Counted from the stretch's first letter, positions 20,477-32,473 are shown. The stretch: 64,000 nucleotides of DNA from an uncultured bacterium (GCA_963801165.1 CAWDDT010000011.1:96001-160000); one strand, 5' to 3'. Notes: generated from the letters alone by a model not told the origin. Numbers and translations are program-made.

Positions 20477-21867
20477 CCGATTTTCACATGACTCCTGAAG
20501 ACTTTCGCAAGCGGGGTCACGACATGGTCGACTGGATCGCCGACTATCTGGCGAACGTCACCCGATACCCGGTCAATTCCCAGGTCGAACCCGGCGCCAT
20601 CCGCAGCGCCCTCCCCGACGCCGCCCCCGAGCAGCCGGAACCGTTCGAGGATGTCATCCGCGACCTGAACGAGATCATCATGCCGGGGATCACCCACTGG
20701 CAGTCGCCCAACTGGTTCTCGTACTTCCCTGCCAACAGCTCGGGACCGTCTGTGCTTGGCGAGATGGCGGCCGCCGGTCTCGGCGTCCAGGGGATGCTGT
20801 GGTCGACGTCACCCGCCGCCACCGAGTTGGAGACGGTCGTGGTCGACTGGATGGTCGACCTGCTCGGTCTCCCGCACGTCTGGAAAACCACGGGACCGGG
20901 CGGCGGGGTCATCCAGATGAGCGCCTCGGATTCCGCTCACGTAGCAATGGTGACAGCCCGCGAACTGGCGCGGCAGCGCACGTCGTTGGACCGCATGGTG
21001 GTGTATGCCTCCGATCAGACGCACTCGTCGGTGGAGAAGGGCGCTCGCATCGCCGGTTTCACCAACTTCCGAGCGATCCCGACCGACGCCGACTTTGCCA
21101 TGGACCCGGCTTCATTCGAAGAGCAGGTGGCCGCCGATCGGGCCGACGGGCTCGTCCCCGTCTTCGTTGCGTTGACCGTCGGAACCACCGCCACCACGGG
21201 AGTCGATCCGATTCGCACGTTGGCCGGGATAGCCAAGAAATCAGGAATGTGGGTGCACGTTGATGCGGCGTACGCCGGCTCGGCGATGATCTGTCCCGAG
21301 CTACGACATCATCAGGACGGTCTCGAGCTCGTCGACAGCTACACGTTCAACCCGCACAAATGGATGTTCACCAACTTCGACTGCAACCTCTACTACGTCG
21401 CCGACCGCAAGCCGCTCATCGATGCGATGAGCATCCTGCCCCCATACCTACGCAATGAGGCGACGCTGTCGGGCAAGGTCATCGACTACCGCGACTGGCA
21501 CGTCCCGCTGGGGCGGAGGTTTCGCTCGCTCAAGCTGTGGTTCGTGCTGAGACATTATGGGGCGGAGGGAATCCGGCACCATATCCGCGAGCACATCGCA
21601 CTGGCGCAGGATCTCGCCGGAAAGCTCGAGGCGGACGCCCGGTTCGAGGTAGTCGCTCCGCATCCCTTCTCCCTCGTCGTCTTCCGGCATTCGGATGGCG
21701 ATACGGCAACCACAAAGCTCGCCACCGACTTGAATGGGACCGGTCAGGTCTCGCTGACCCCGACCACGCTCAGAGACATGAGCGCGATCCGGGTATCTAT
21801 CGGCCAGACCAACACGAGCAAGGAGAACGTCGACGCCCTATGGGCGTTGATCGATCAGCTGGCATGA
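20473..21867 (+). CDS. PLP-dependent aromatic-L-amino-acid decarboxylase family protein
   Basis: PGITHWQSP, SPAATELE, HVDAAYAG, NPHKW, LGRRFRSLKLW; GTG start overlaps the upstream stop. Confidence 0.9.
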   Translation: MTDFHMTPEDFRKRGHDMVDWIADYLANVTRYPVNSQVEPGAIRSALPDAAPEQPEPFEDVIRDLNEIIMPGITHWQSPNWFSYFPANSSGPSVLGEMAAAGLGVQGMLWSTSPAATELETVVVDWMVDLLGLPHVWKTTGPGGGVIQMSASDSAHVAMVTARELARQRTSLDRMVVYASDQTHSSVEKGARIAGFTNFRAIPTDADFAMDPASFEEQVAADRADGLVPVFVALTVGTTATTGVDPIRTLAGIAKKSGMWVHVDAAYAGSAMICPELRHHQDGLELVDSYTFNPHKWMFTNFDCNLYYVADRKPLIDAMSILPPYLRNEATLSGKVIDYRDWHVPLGRRFRSLKLWFVLRHYGAEGIRHHIREHIALAQDLAGKLEADARFEVVAPHPFSLVVFRHSDGDTATTKLATDLNGTGQVSLTPTTLRDMSAIRVSIGQTNTSKENVDALWALIDQLA

Positions 21868-22238
21868 TGGAAGAGACAACCGAGATCGCCGCGTTCAACA
21901 CCAAGCTGGAGGCCGACATCGCTGTGGCCCGCCTGGCCGACGCCGGGTTCGATGCGTTCGTCCTGGTCGACAACGCCGGTGGCACCATTCCGTTGATGCA
22001 GATGACTACGGGTGGCTACAAGGTCCACGTGGTCGTCGACGATGCATCGTGGGCGAAGGAGGTGCTCGAAGAGCACTTCGATCCGATCGAGTGGACGCCG
22101 CCTACCTCAGCGTCATTTCTGCAAACTGGCAGCCTCGAATGGACCCGGAACACGAGGTTCTGGGTAGCCGTCATCGTGCTGTTGGCGACACTCGCGGCCC
22201 TGGCGGTAGCAGTGCCGCTGACGATCGCCCGCATGTGA
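21864..22238 (+). CDS. Small membrane protein (DUF2007-like N-terminus)
   Basis: EADIAVARLADAG pattern plus C-terminal TM helix; ATGA overlap. Confidence 0.6.
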   Translation: MMEETTEIAAFNTKLEADIAVARLADAGFDAFVLVDNAGGTIPLMQMTTGGYKVHVVVDDASWAKEVLEEHFDPIEWTPPTSASFLQTGSLEWTRNTRFWVAVIVLLATLAALAVAVPLTIARM

Positions 22239-22245
22239 CCCGCCG

Positions 22246-22788
22246 TTACGGCGTCGCACGCAGGACACCGAGGAACTCACGCATCATGAAAGCCGTGGCT
22301 CCCCAGAGGGTTCCCTCTTCGAACTCGTAGAACCACAACTTGTGACCGAACCAGCTCGACTGGCGCCACCGGCTCTCGTCCAGGAGCTCCACGACGGGCG
22401 CCTCGATGACGGCCGCCACCTCCTGCTTCTCGACAACCCACTCCCGCGGCCGTACCACCTTGGCCACTACCGGGACGATGAGGTGGCGACGGTTGCGCGT
22501 CGAAGTGGGCGTGAGCCCTCCAATCACCTCGACCCCGTCCGGGGGCAAACCGATCTCCTCATGGGCCTCTCGAATGGCCGTTTCCTCGGGGGTCTCGCCG
22601 TCCTCGAGCCGCCCGCCCGGAAAGACAACATCGCCCGGATGCGTGCGCATATGGTCGGGCCGCCTGGTCAGAACGACCCGCACCGTGTGGGTCTCGTCGC
22701 GGTAGAGCGGCACCAACACGGCCGACCTAGCCTCGGCTGGGTATTGGACTGGATGCAATGCCCCAAGACGGGTCCAAACGTCTAGCAC
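22246..22788 (-). CDS. NUDIX CoA pyrophosphatase family
   Basis: SAVLVPL..LTRR..HPGDVVFPGG..AIREAHEEIG, LWGATA. Confidence 0.88.
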   Translation of the reverse strand: MLDVWTRLGALHPVQYPAEARSAVLVPLYRDETHTVRVVLTRRPDHMRTHPGDVVFPGGRLEDGETPEETAIREAHEEIGLPPDGVEVIGGLTPTSTRNRRHLIVPVVAKVVRPREWVVEKQEVAAVIEAPVVELLDESRWRQSSWFGHKLWFYEFEEGTLWGATAFMMREFLGVLRATP

Positions 22789-22826
22789 AGACGCACCTTA
22801 CGTGACATGGGGATAAGCTTCTGCCG

Positions 22827-23423
22827 ATGGCACAGATGCCCGGCCACGAGCCGCGGTTCACCCCGCACCTGGTCCTTCGCCCTTTCCGGCGCAAGGACAC
22901 TTCTGCGATGCACGATTCGGTCCGCGCGTCGCTGCCGGAGCTGTCTCAATACCTGCCCTGGGCTGTCAACTATCAGCGCAGCGTTACAGCCCAGTTCGTC
23001 AAGGATTCCATCGGTGCCTGGGCAACCGGTCGAGCGTTCGACTTTGCCATCAGAACCCACGAGGACGATGACACGCATGCCGGAAACGTTTCGGTGTGGT
23101 TCGTCTCACGGGCCAATGCCGTTGGTGAAGTTGGTTACTGGGTCCGCAGCGATCTAGCCGGTAAAGGCGTCGGCACCGAGGCGACGGCGCGCATACTCCA
23201 AGTCGCTTTCGAGGAGTTGGAAATGCACCGGGTGACCGCTCGAATCGCCATCGGCAACGTGGCCTCCGAGCGGGTGGTGCAGAAGCTCGGCTTCCTCAAG
23301 GAAGGCACCCTCCGGGACGAGGTGAAGGTGGGGAACAGATGGCTCGACCACTCCGTCTGGGGTCTCCTGGACCGCGAGTGGCGCTACGAGCGCCGCCGCT
23401 ATCAGGATGAAGCCTGGGTGTAA
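22827..23423 (+). CDS. RimJ/RimL-family GNAT acetyltransferase
   Basis: EVGYWV..GKGVGTEA..NVASERVVQKLGFLKEG. Confidence 0.88.
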   Translation: MAQMPGHEPRFTPHLVLRPFRRKDTSAMHDSVRASLPELSQYLPWAVNYQRSVTAQFVKDSIGAWATGRAFDFAIRTHEDDDTHAGNVSVWFVSRANAVGEVGYWVRSDLAGKGVGTEATARILQVAFEELEMHRVTARIAIGNVASERVVQKLGFLKEGTLRDEVKVGNRWLDHSVWGLLDREWRYERRRYQDEAWV

Positions 23424-23496
23424 GAGCCGCATTTCCGGCAAGGTGTCTTAAGCTGGAAGATCGCAGCTGTACCAAGACTCGTTAGGGTTCCGGCAC

Positions 23497-24216
23497 ATGG
23501 ATCAACGCACACTTCAGATGATTCAACGCGGGTTGATCGCCGCCGTGAGCATCGTGCTCGCGCTCATCCTGGTCACCGCTTTTCGCGGTCTGCTCGAGCC
23601 CCCGGGCGACACACTCGCGCCCCGGACGACCACTACGACCACCGAGGCTGCCGGTGAGGAGACGACCACCACAGCGGTGGCCGACACGGCCGCCGCGTCT
23701 TCCACCACCACCACGGATACAGCCGGCGGCGCCGTGTGCACGGAGGAGGAACCACCATCCGATGCGGCCACAGTGCTCCGTGTCTACTTCCCGTGCGGAA
23801 GCCAGGACATCGCTGTCGGCGGCACGTTCGTGTACCGAACCGTCCCCACCACCGATCTGGTGTTGACGGCAACTCTGAAGGAGATGGTCAAGGGGCTCGA
23901 ACCGGAGGAGCAAGCTCTCGGCTTCAGGTCGCCATTCCCGACCGGCGCAGACGGGTCGGCGCTCGGGGTCACGATCGATACGACCGACCAGACCGCATAT
24001 GTGGAGTTCGCAGACCGCGTCTTCCCGGACGGTGTCGACACCACCGAGGGCTCGCAGATCTTCATTTCGACGCTCAACGCCAACGTGTTTCAGTTCGACA
24101 CGATCAACGCAGTCGAGTACCGGGTCGGCGGATCCTGCGACGCTTTCTGGCAACAACTCGGCGGCCAGTGCCAGAAGATCACCCGTGCGGAGTGGGAAGC
24201 ACAGCTGTCGCCCTGA
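23497..24216 (+). CDS. Membrane-anchored GerMN-like domain protein
   Basis: TM helix, Thr-rich linker, VYFPC..LKEMVKG..EEQALGFRSPF..AYVEF..LNANVFQFDTINAVEYRVGG. Confidence 0.72.
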   Translation: MDQRTLQMIQRGLIAAVSIVLALILVTAFRGLLEPPGDTLAPRTTTTTTEAAGEETTTTAVADTAAASSTTTTDTAGGAVCTEEEPPSDAATVLRVYFPCGSQDIAVGGTFVYRTVPTTDLVLTATLKEMVKGLEPEEQALGFRSPFPTGADGSALGVTIDTTDQTAYVEFADRVFPDGVDTTEGSQIFISTLNANVFQFDTINAVEYRVGGSCDAFWQQLGGQCQKITRAEWEAQLSP

Positions 24217-24262
24217 GAAGCCTGTGGTGCAACCCGCATCCCCGACGGTTTCATAGCGTGAG

Positions 24263-24739
24263 ATGCCGACGATGACAGACCCGCAGACCAGTGAGCTGAC
24301 ATTCGCAGAGTTCCACGCACGCGCCGAGCCGAAGCTGCGCCGAGCCTTGATCGCCCGTTGCGGCGGCGAGGTTGGGCGCGAGGCGGCCGCCGAAGCTCTG
24401 GCCTACGGGTGGGAGAACTGGCACCGTGTCCGGGCGATGGACAACCCGATCGGCTACCTGTACCGGGTAGGACAGAGTCGCTCCCGCCGGCTGTGGCCCC
24501 GGCGTGCCGTTTTCGAGACCGGACCCGACCCGGTGCTCCCCAGGGTCGAGCCGGGGCTACCCGCCGCCCTCAACAAGCTATCACCCCGGCAGCGTCAAGC
24601 GGTGGTGATGGTCCACGGTTTCGAGTACACCCATCGGGAGGTCGCCGACCTCCTCGGCATCTCCCGATCCTCCGTACAGAACCACGTCGAGCGAGGCCTG
24701 GCGAGGCTTCGCTCCGAGCTCGAGGTGACCGATGTCTGA
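24263..24739 (+). CDS. ECF sigma-70 factor
   Basis: EAAAEALAYGW..GYLYRVG; LSPRQRQAVVM..EVADLLGISRSSVQNHVERGLARLR. Confidence 0.88.
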   Translation: MPTMTDPQTSELTFAEFHARAEPKLRRALIARCGGEVGREAAAEALAYGWENWHRVRAMDNPIGYLYRVGQSRSRRLWPRRAVFETGPDPVLPRVEPGLPAALNKLSPRQRQAVVMVHGFEYTHREVADLLGISRSSVQNHVERGLARLRSELEVTDV

Positions 24740-27016
24740 CCTCAACAATCGACTACTCCGCTACATCGACCGTCTCGAAGAGCCCGTTTCGCTCGAGGAG
24801 ACAATGACACGGCCCGAGCACCGCCGGTTCCGGGTAACGGCAGCCGTGCTCGCCGGTGCCGCCATCGTGCTCGTCCCGGCGCTGGTGCTCATCGGGCTGC
24901 GCTTTCTCCCAGCGGGCGACGACGTCTCCGGGTCCACACTGCTCCCGGAGACAACCACGACCGTGATCCCCGAGGGAAACGTCACAACCACAACGAGCTT
25001 CCAGGTGACGACTGATGCGCCCGGTTCCGTCGTTGTGCCCGATCTAGCCGGGTTGACGGCGGACGAGGCGAGGGCTCAACTCGCCGACCTGCACCTCGCG
25101 TGCGAGATCACCGAGCAATACCCGAGCCGGAACGGCTTCGGATCCATCACAGCACAATCCCCGGTGGCGGGGGAAAGCGTTGCGGCGGGGGGCACCATCG
25201 AGGTTGGAGTGCAGGTGAAAGCCGGCTGCCTCGATTACACAACCGGAGATTACGCCAGACGGGGATCTACAACCGTCCAAGTCCTGCTCGAGTGCGGCCG
25301 CGACGGCTCTACCCCGACGTCTCCAGCCCGGTCACACGGGTCGAACCAATCGCAGACCCGATCGAGGCAACGATGCGGGCAGTGCTGGCGGGACCCACGG
25401 ATGAAGAGCGCTCCATGGGTTTCTCCTCGTCGTTCACCGAACTGGACGCCGATGCCCTCAATTCGATATCGCTCGACAATCGACGACTAACGGTCGATTT
25501 CAATGATCACGTCCGCGTGAACAACGTCAGTACCAGCACGGGTAGCAGATACTTCCTCGCCGATCTGCAAGCGAACCTGTTCCAGTTTCCAGAGGTGGAT
25601 TCGGTCGAGTTCCAGCTCAATGGGACCTGCGAGGCTTCTGGGGCATGCTGGAACGAGACTGCCAAGTCGTGACCCGAAGCCAATGGGAGCAGCAGATTGC
25701 CGCCTGGGATGCTGAGCGACTCCTTCAGGATCAGGCGGCGGTGACCGTGCCCGGGGGGGACGCCCCGGGGGTACTCGTGTCCACGTGGCAGGGTCTCTTC
25801 TACGGCGGCGATGGGTCGCTGACGAAGATCATGGAGCCCGTCCCGGGATCTGAGCACCTCGATGGCGCGGCGGTTCTGTCCGACCGGGACGGGGGTTTCT
25901 TCCTGGCCATCGACGGCGTGACCACCGGGTACAAGGCCGGTAGTGGCACAACCGTGTTGCCGGTCGAGGACGGTCTCGATCCGCAGAATACGAGCCGGCT
26001 CGTGTGGGTCGACTCCGGCGGTGTGACACTGCTCCTCCACCTCGGATACACCGAAGACGACTTCTACGGGTTCCGATGGCCGACCCTGGAGCCATGGCGT
26101 GAAGGGGTATCGGCTTCGCTGGCGAACGGGTATACGCTCGGTTCCGCCAATCGCACGGTTGCTCTCGTGGATGACACCGGCACAGTGATCACCATCGACC
26201 ACTTCAGCGACCTGGACGCCACCACATATCTGGCCGCCTGGGAAGGGCCGGACGATGGCAGCTCGCAACCACAACTGATGAAGGTATCCGGACCACACAG
26301 CGGCGAGGTCAGCTTGCACGACTTCGATGGTCGTAGGGTGATCGTCTCAACCCATCCCGGCGAGCCGGTTGGCAACAACGCAACGTTTTTCGTAATCGAC
26401 CTCGAATGCCCCGAGTGTCTCGAGGCATATGTGACGCAGCCGGGCGTGGCGACGCTCACCGGATCGAAGCCCATTGAAGGGACCATCGAGCTGGGACCCG
26501 CCGACATCGGCGGTTGTTCGCTCGCGACCTCCGGTGCGCCTCCAATCGAGGCGACGACAGCCGGTGCGGCCGAGAGCACACGCATCCTGCTTCTGTCCGA
26601 CGCAGAGCGATGTGGCACCCGTGAGCTACACGCCCGCACCGTAAGCGACGGGACGGAGCTCGTCCTATCCACCAGCGCTATGACGGATCGTCGGCGCCGA
26701 GGCGATGGGCATCCCCGAGTCGAGGAGCTCTACTATGTGCTGCAGACGGCGCCCGGCTCATACGAAGAGAAACGGGGCCAGTGGTGTTCGTGTGGCCTGC
26801 ACTCGCCGGCCCCGACGTCGACTGGAGAGACATGACGACGCAAGAAGCTGCTTCTCTACAGGACTCGCCGAGACGACGAAGTGGCTAAACACACGGTTCC
26901 GATTGCCCAGAACACCAATCCGCTGGCAGCTGGCAATTAACGTGGAGACGGGTGTAAGTTCGAGGAGATACGGCGATCGACGGACGGTCGCTAACTGTCT
27001 GTTCCAGCTGGCATAG
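24732..27016 (+). CDS. Putative anti-sigma membrane protein with PASTA and GerMN-like domains; split by several frameshifts, 3' end uncertain
   Basis: ORFs 24732-25490, 25100-25672 and 25645-26835 join into TM + VVPDLAGLTADEARAQL..QSP.AG (PASTA) + GerMN-like domain + long extracellular region. Confidence 0.6.
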
Positions 27017-27057
27017 CGCCACACGGCGAATTGACGCAGAAGGGGTTGCTGGGAACT

Positions 27058-27667
27058 ATGGAACGCCCGTTCTCGCACGAGCAGCTCGTCGATGAGGTGT
27101 ACACCGGCCTCGACCTGAGCGAGAGAACTATCGACGAATGCGAGTTTGATGGCTGCGAATTCCGCAACGTCGTGATGAACGCCGCGACCGTTCGCGACGT
27201 CGCGGTTTGTCGATTGCACATTCGCCGGTTGCGATCTCTCGCTCATGGAGCCGATCGACAGCCTCTTCTCCGGATGCGCATTCGAAGAGTGCCGGATAAC
27301 CGGGGTCAACTGGAGCATGGTGATCAGGCGAGATGCCGCCATCACCGAACCCAACAGCTTCACCAGTTGCGACCTAAGCCTGAGCAACTTCGCCGAGCTC
27401 GACCTTACCGGCTGGCGGTTCGTTGATTGCCGGGTCAACGAGACCGGGTTCCGGGAGACGGTCTTGGTCGACGCTCATTTCGAGAGAGCCGATCTCGCCG
27501 GGGCAGACTTCGCCCACGCCGACCTCAGCGGCGCCACGCTGATCGATTGCCCCGGCCTCTACCTCGACTCCAGCCTCACCAAGCTCACCGGAGCCACGGT
27601 GAGCGCCGCCACGGCGCTCCAGATCGTCGAGGCCCTCGGGCTACGCATCCACGACCCCGAGAGGTAG
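27058..27667 (+). CDS. Pentapeptide repeat protein (one frameshift near 27195)
   Basis: CEFDGCEFRN..CAFEECRITGVNW..ADLAGADFAHADLSGA. Confidence 0.78.
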
Positions 27668-27688
27668 CGAGAACGTAGGCCCCTCCGT

Positions 27689-27732
27689 TCTGGCGTCGCA
27701 GACCGGAACATATTCCGGTCTGCGACGCCAGA
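27689..27732. repeat. Perfect 20-bp-stem palindrome (family C), probable bidirectional terminator
   Basis: TCTGGCGTCGCAGACCGGAA-cata-TTCCGGTCTGCGACGCCAGA between convergent genes. Confidence 0.8.
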
Positions 27733-27739
27733 GGCGCTA

Positions 27740-28036
27740 TCAACGGTGCGAGGGAGCCGGCGGCGCACCATCGATCATGAAAAACGCGTCGTCGGGATAG
27801 CACCACCACCAGTCCTCACCCGGCTCGTAGGACCGGATCAGCGGATGGCCGGTCTCGGCAAAATGTGCGGTCGCGTGGCGACCGGGCGAGTTGTTGCAGC
27901 AGCCGACGTGCCCGCAACTCTGGCACAGGCGCAGATGGACCCAGTTGCGTCTCCCCGCCGCCAGACAGTCTTCGCAGCCGTCGGCACCGGGTACCGGCGG
28001 CGAGACGTCGGCGGGTATGTGCGTGCAATCATCCAT
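27740..28036 (-). CDS. UBP-type zinc finger protein
   Basis: CTH..CEDC..WVHLRLCQSCGHVGCC..HATAHF..WWWCYPD. Confidence 0.88.
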   Translation of the reverse strand: MDDCTHIPADVSPPVPGADGCEDCLAAGRRNWVHLRLCQSCGHVGCCNNSPGRHATAHFAETGHPLIRSYEPGEDWWWCYPDDAFFMIDGAPPAPSHR

Positions 28037-29072
28037 TGGTCTTCTCCATCCTGTTGCGCACCACCGGTGCGACCTTATTGCCGAACAGCTCGATCGAGCG
28101 CAGCGTGACGTCGTGCGGCAGATTGCCGGCGGTCGTGTGCAGCAGGAAGCGGTCGATGCCGAGCATCTCGCACCAGCGCTGGACCTTCGTCGCAACCGTC
28201 TCCGGGTCCCCGACGATCAGCGACCCGTCCGGGCTCGCCATCCAATCGAACTGCTCACGTGACAGCGGCGGCCATCCCCTTTCCCGGCCGATTTTGTTCA
28301 TCGTCGCGGTGAAGCCGGGGTAGATCGTCTCGATCGCCTCGTCCCTGTCATCGGCAACATGGCCGAGGGCATGGACGCCCAGGGGAACGCTCTTCGGATC
28401 GTGTCCCGCCTCTACCAGCGATCGCCGGTACAACTTGACGAGGGTGGCGAACCTCGCCGGATCGCCGCCGATGATCGCCAGCGCAACCGGAAGCCCCAGC
28501 TGACCGGCACGAACCATCGAGGCCGGCGTACCGCCGACACCGATCCAGACCGGGAGCGGTTGTTGTTGCGCTCGTGGATAGACCGCCTGATCCTCGAGTG
28601 GTGGCCGGAACTTGCCCGACCAGGTGACCCGCTCGTTGTCTCTGATCGCCAGCAGCAGTTCGAGCTTCTCGGCGAACAGCTCGTCGTAGTCCGAGAGCGA
28701 GTAGCCGAACAGTGGGAACGACTCGATGAACGATCCCCGCCCCACCAGAAGCTCGGCACGGCCCTGCGACAGCAGATCGAGCGTCGCGAAGTCCTGATAG
28801 GTGCGAACCGGGTCGGCCGAGCTGAGAATGATCACAGCTGAGCTGAGCCTGATTCGCTCGGTACGGGCCGCCGCAGCACCGAGAACAACCGCAACCGACG
28901 ATGCCGCCATGTCGACGCGGTGGTGCTCGCCCAGGCCGTACACATCCAGGCCTACTTCCTCGGCGAGTTCGATCTCGGCAAGCACGTTGCGCAGCCGCTC
29001 ACCGTGGCTGATCGCCACGCCCGTTGCGGGGTCGCGGTGAGTCTCCGCAAAGCTAGTAAGCCCGAATTCCAT
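28029..29072 (-). CDS. LLM-class (luciferase-like) flavin-dependent oxidoreductase
   Basis: GLGEHHR, LSSADPVR, DLLSQGRAEL..GRGSFIESFPLFG. Confidence 0.9.
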   Translation of the reverse strand: MEFGLTSFAETHRDPATGVAISHGERLRNVLAEIELAEEVGLDVYGLGEHHRVDMAASSVAVVLGAAAARTERIRLSSAVIILSSADPVRTYQDFATLDLLSQGRAELLVGRGSFIESFPLFGYSLSDYDELFAEKLELLLAIRDNERVTWSGKFRPPLEDQAVYPRAQQQPLPVWIGVGGTPASMVRAGQLGLPVALAIIGGDPARFATLVKLYRRSLVEAGHDPKSVPLGVHALGHVADDRDEAIETIYPGFTATMNKIGRERGWPPLSREQFDWMASPDGSLIVGDPETVATKVQRWCEMLGIDRFLLHTTAGNLPHDVTLRSIELFGNKVAPVVRNRMEKTNG

Positions 29073-29162
29073 CGCGCTGAACCTAGCCCGCACTCTCCAT
29101 TCGTGCGTAGACGATGCCGACATCCCGGCACCATCTACGCCAGAAGCCGGTAAGGGGGAAAC

Positions 29163-29192
29163 GAGTTCGGGGCCCTTTCGGGCCCCGAACTC
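29163..29192 (-). terminator. groEL terminator hairpin
   Basis: GAGTTCGGGGCCC-tttc-GGGCCCCGAACTC downstream of groEL. Confidence 0.75.
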
Positions 29193-29230
29193 ATCGGTAC
29201 GGTATCGGCGACGAAGCCGCCGAAGCTGTG

Positions 29231-31164
<1,934 letters not shown>

Positions 31165-31186
31165 CCGACTTTCCTCCTTCCGAGGG

Positions 31187-31265
31187 TTAGCAGTCTAACT
31201 TGTCGAGTGCTAACCCTAGCACTCAATAACGACAAGTGCTAGCAGACCAACCGGAGGAGTGCTAG
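31187..31265. promoter_or_regulatory. Three CIRCE (HrcA) operators
   Basis: TTAGCAGTC-N9-GAGTGCTAA (31187-31213), CTAGCACTC-N9-AAGTGCTAG (31216-31242), CTAGCAGAC-N9-GAGTGCTAG (31239-31265). Confidence 0.9.
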
Positions 31266-31348
31266 CCCCGTACTCGCCCGGGCGAGCCTGCGTAGATTCG
31301 TCGCCCTGAGGGTTGCAGAAGACCGCAGGTTCGGGTGGTGGGGATCGG

Positions 31349-32464
31349 CTACCGGTCCCCCTTCTTGCGGAGATCCGTAAAGATAGCCGAGATCTCCTCG
31401 GTTGTGACCAGACCGACCACCTCGCCCTCATCAACCACGACGAGGACGGCACCGGTGCGGTCCCCCGGCGCCAGCGCCCGACGCAGATCCGAGTGCAGGG
31501 GGACTACGTCGTCAGGACCGATGCTCGTCATCGCATCACGGACCAGGGTGGTGGTGCGCACCTGTTTGTCGACCGCGGCCGCCTCATTGCTGCCAAACAC
31601 GCCGAGCACCCGCCCCTCGATGGCTACCGGCAGCGGACGCAGCTTGTCCCCCCAGCCGTGCAGCTCGAGAGCATCGGCGACGGTCGAGTCCCCGTCGATA
31701 GCCATCTCGGTCCGTCTCATCACGTCGCCGACGGTGAGCCTGCTGATCCTTGTCAGGAACCGCTCCTGGAGGTCCGATGTCGAGGCTGCCTCATAGAGAA
31801 ACCAGCCGACAGCGATGAACCAGACGGATGCGATATCACCCAGCAGCAGAACCAGGGCCGCCCCCGTTACCGCCATACCGATTCCGAGGACACGGCCCGA
31901 GGTCACAGCAAGCCGGGTCGCCTTGCCGCGATCGCCGCTTCGCCGCCATACGAGCGCTCGTAGCATCCGGCCACCATCGAGAGGCAGCCCCGGCAGGAGG
32001 TTGAAGACACCGATCGACAGGTTGGCGAAACCGAGGATGAGACTGACCCGGGCAGGGATCCTCCAGAGCGATGCCAGCGGCCATCCCACGGCGATAAACA
32101 GGAGGCCGAGTAGCAACGACGCCGCTGGACCTGCCAGCGTCACGGCTAGCTCATCAGACGGAGACTCGGCGTCGCCCTCGATCTCAGAGACACCACCGAA
32201 AATGAACAGACGGATGCGGCGGACGGTGAACCCTCTCCGGATCGCAACCACCGAGTGGCTCAACTCATGCACAAAGATACTGCCGAAGAAGAGAACCCCA
32301 CCGATGACGGCCGTTACCAGGAGCACATCGGAATCCGAATCGGGAAACACCTGATCGAGATCCACATACAGCGACCACGTCAGCAAAGAGGCGATGATGA
32401 ACAGCGACAGGTCGGCGACTACCTCGACGCCGAGCACCGAACCGAGCCGGAAACCCCGCCGCAT
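31349..32464 (-). CDS. Site-2 protease (M50) with CBS domains
   Basis: HELSH, AGP, FNLLPGLPLDGG; C-terminal CBS pair. Confidence 0.9.
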   Translation of the reverse strand: MRRGFRLGSVLGVEVVADLSLFIIASLLTWSLYVDLDQVFPDSDSDVLLVTAVIGGVLFFGSIFVHELSHSVVAIRRGFTVRRIRLFIFGGVSEIEGDAESPSDELAVTLAGPAASLLLGLLFIAVGWPLASLWRIPARVSLILGFANLSIGVFNLLPGLPLDGGRMLRALVWRRSGDRGKATRLAVTSGRVLGIGMAVTGAALVLLLGDIASVWFIAVGWFLYEAASTSDLQERFLTRISRLTVGDVMRRTEMAIDGDSTVADALELHGWGDKLRPLPVAIEGRVLGVFGSNEAAAVDKQVRTTTLVRDAMTSIGPDDVVPLHSDLRRALAPGDRTGAVLVVVDEGEVVGLVTTEEISAIFTDLRKKGDR

Positions 32465-32473
32465 CCGGAACCC

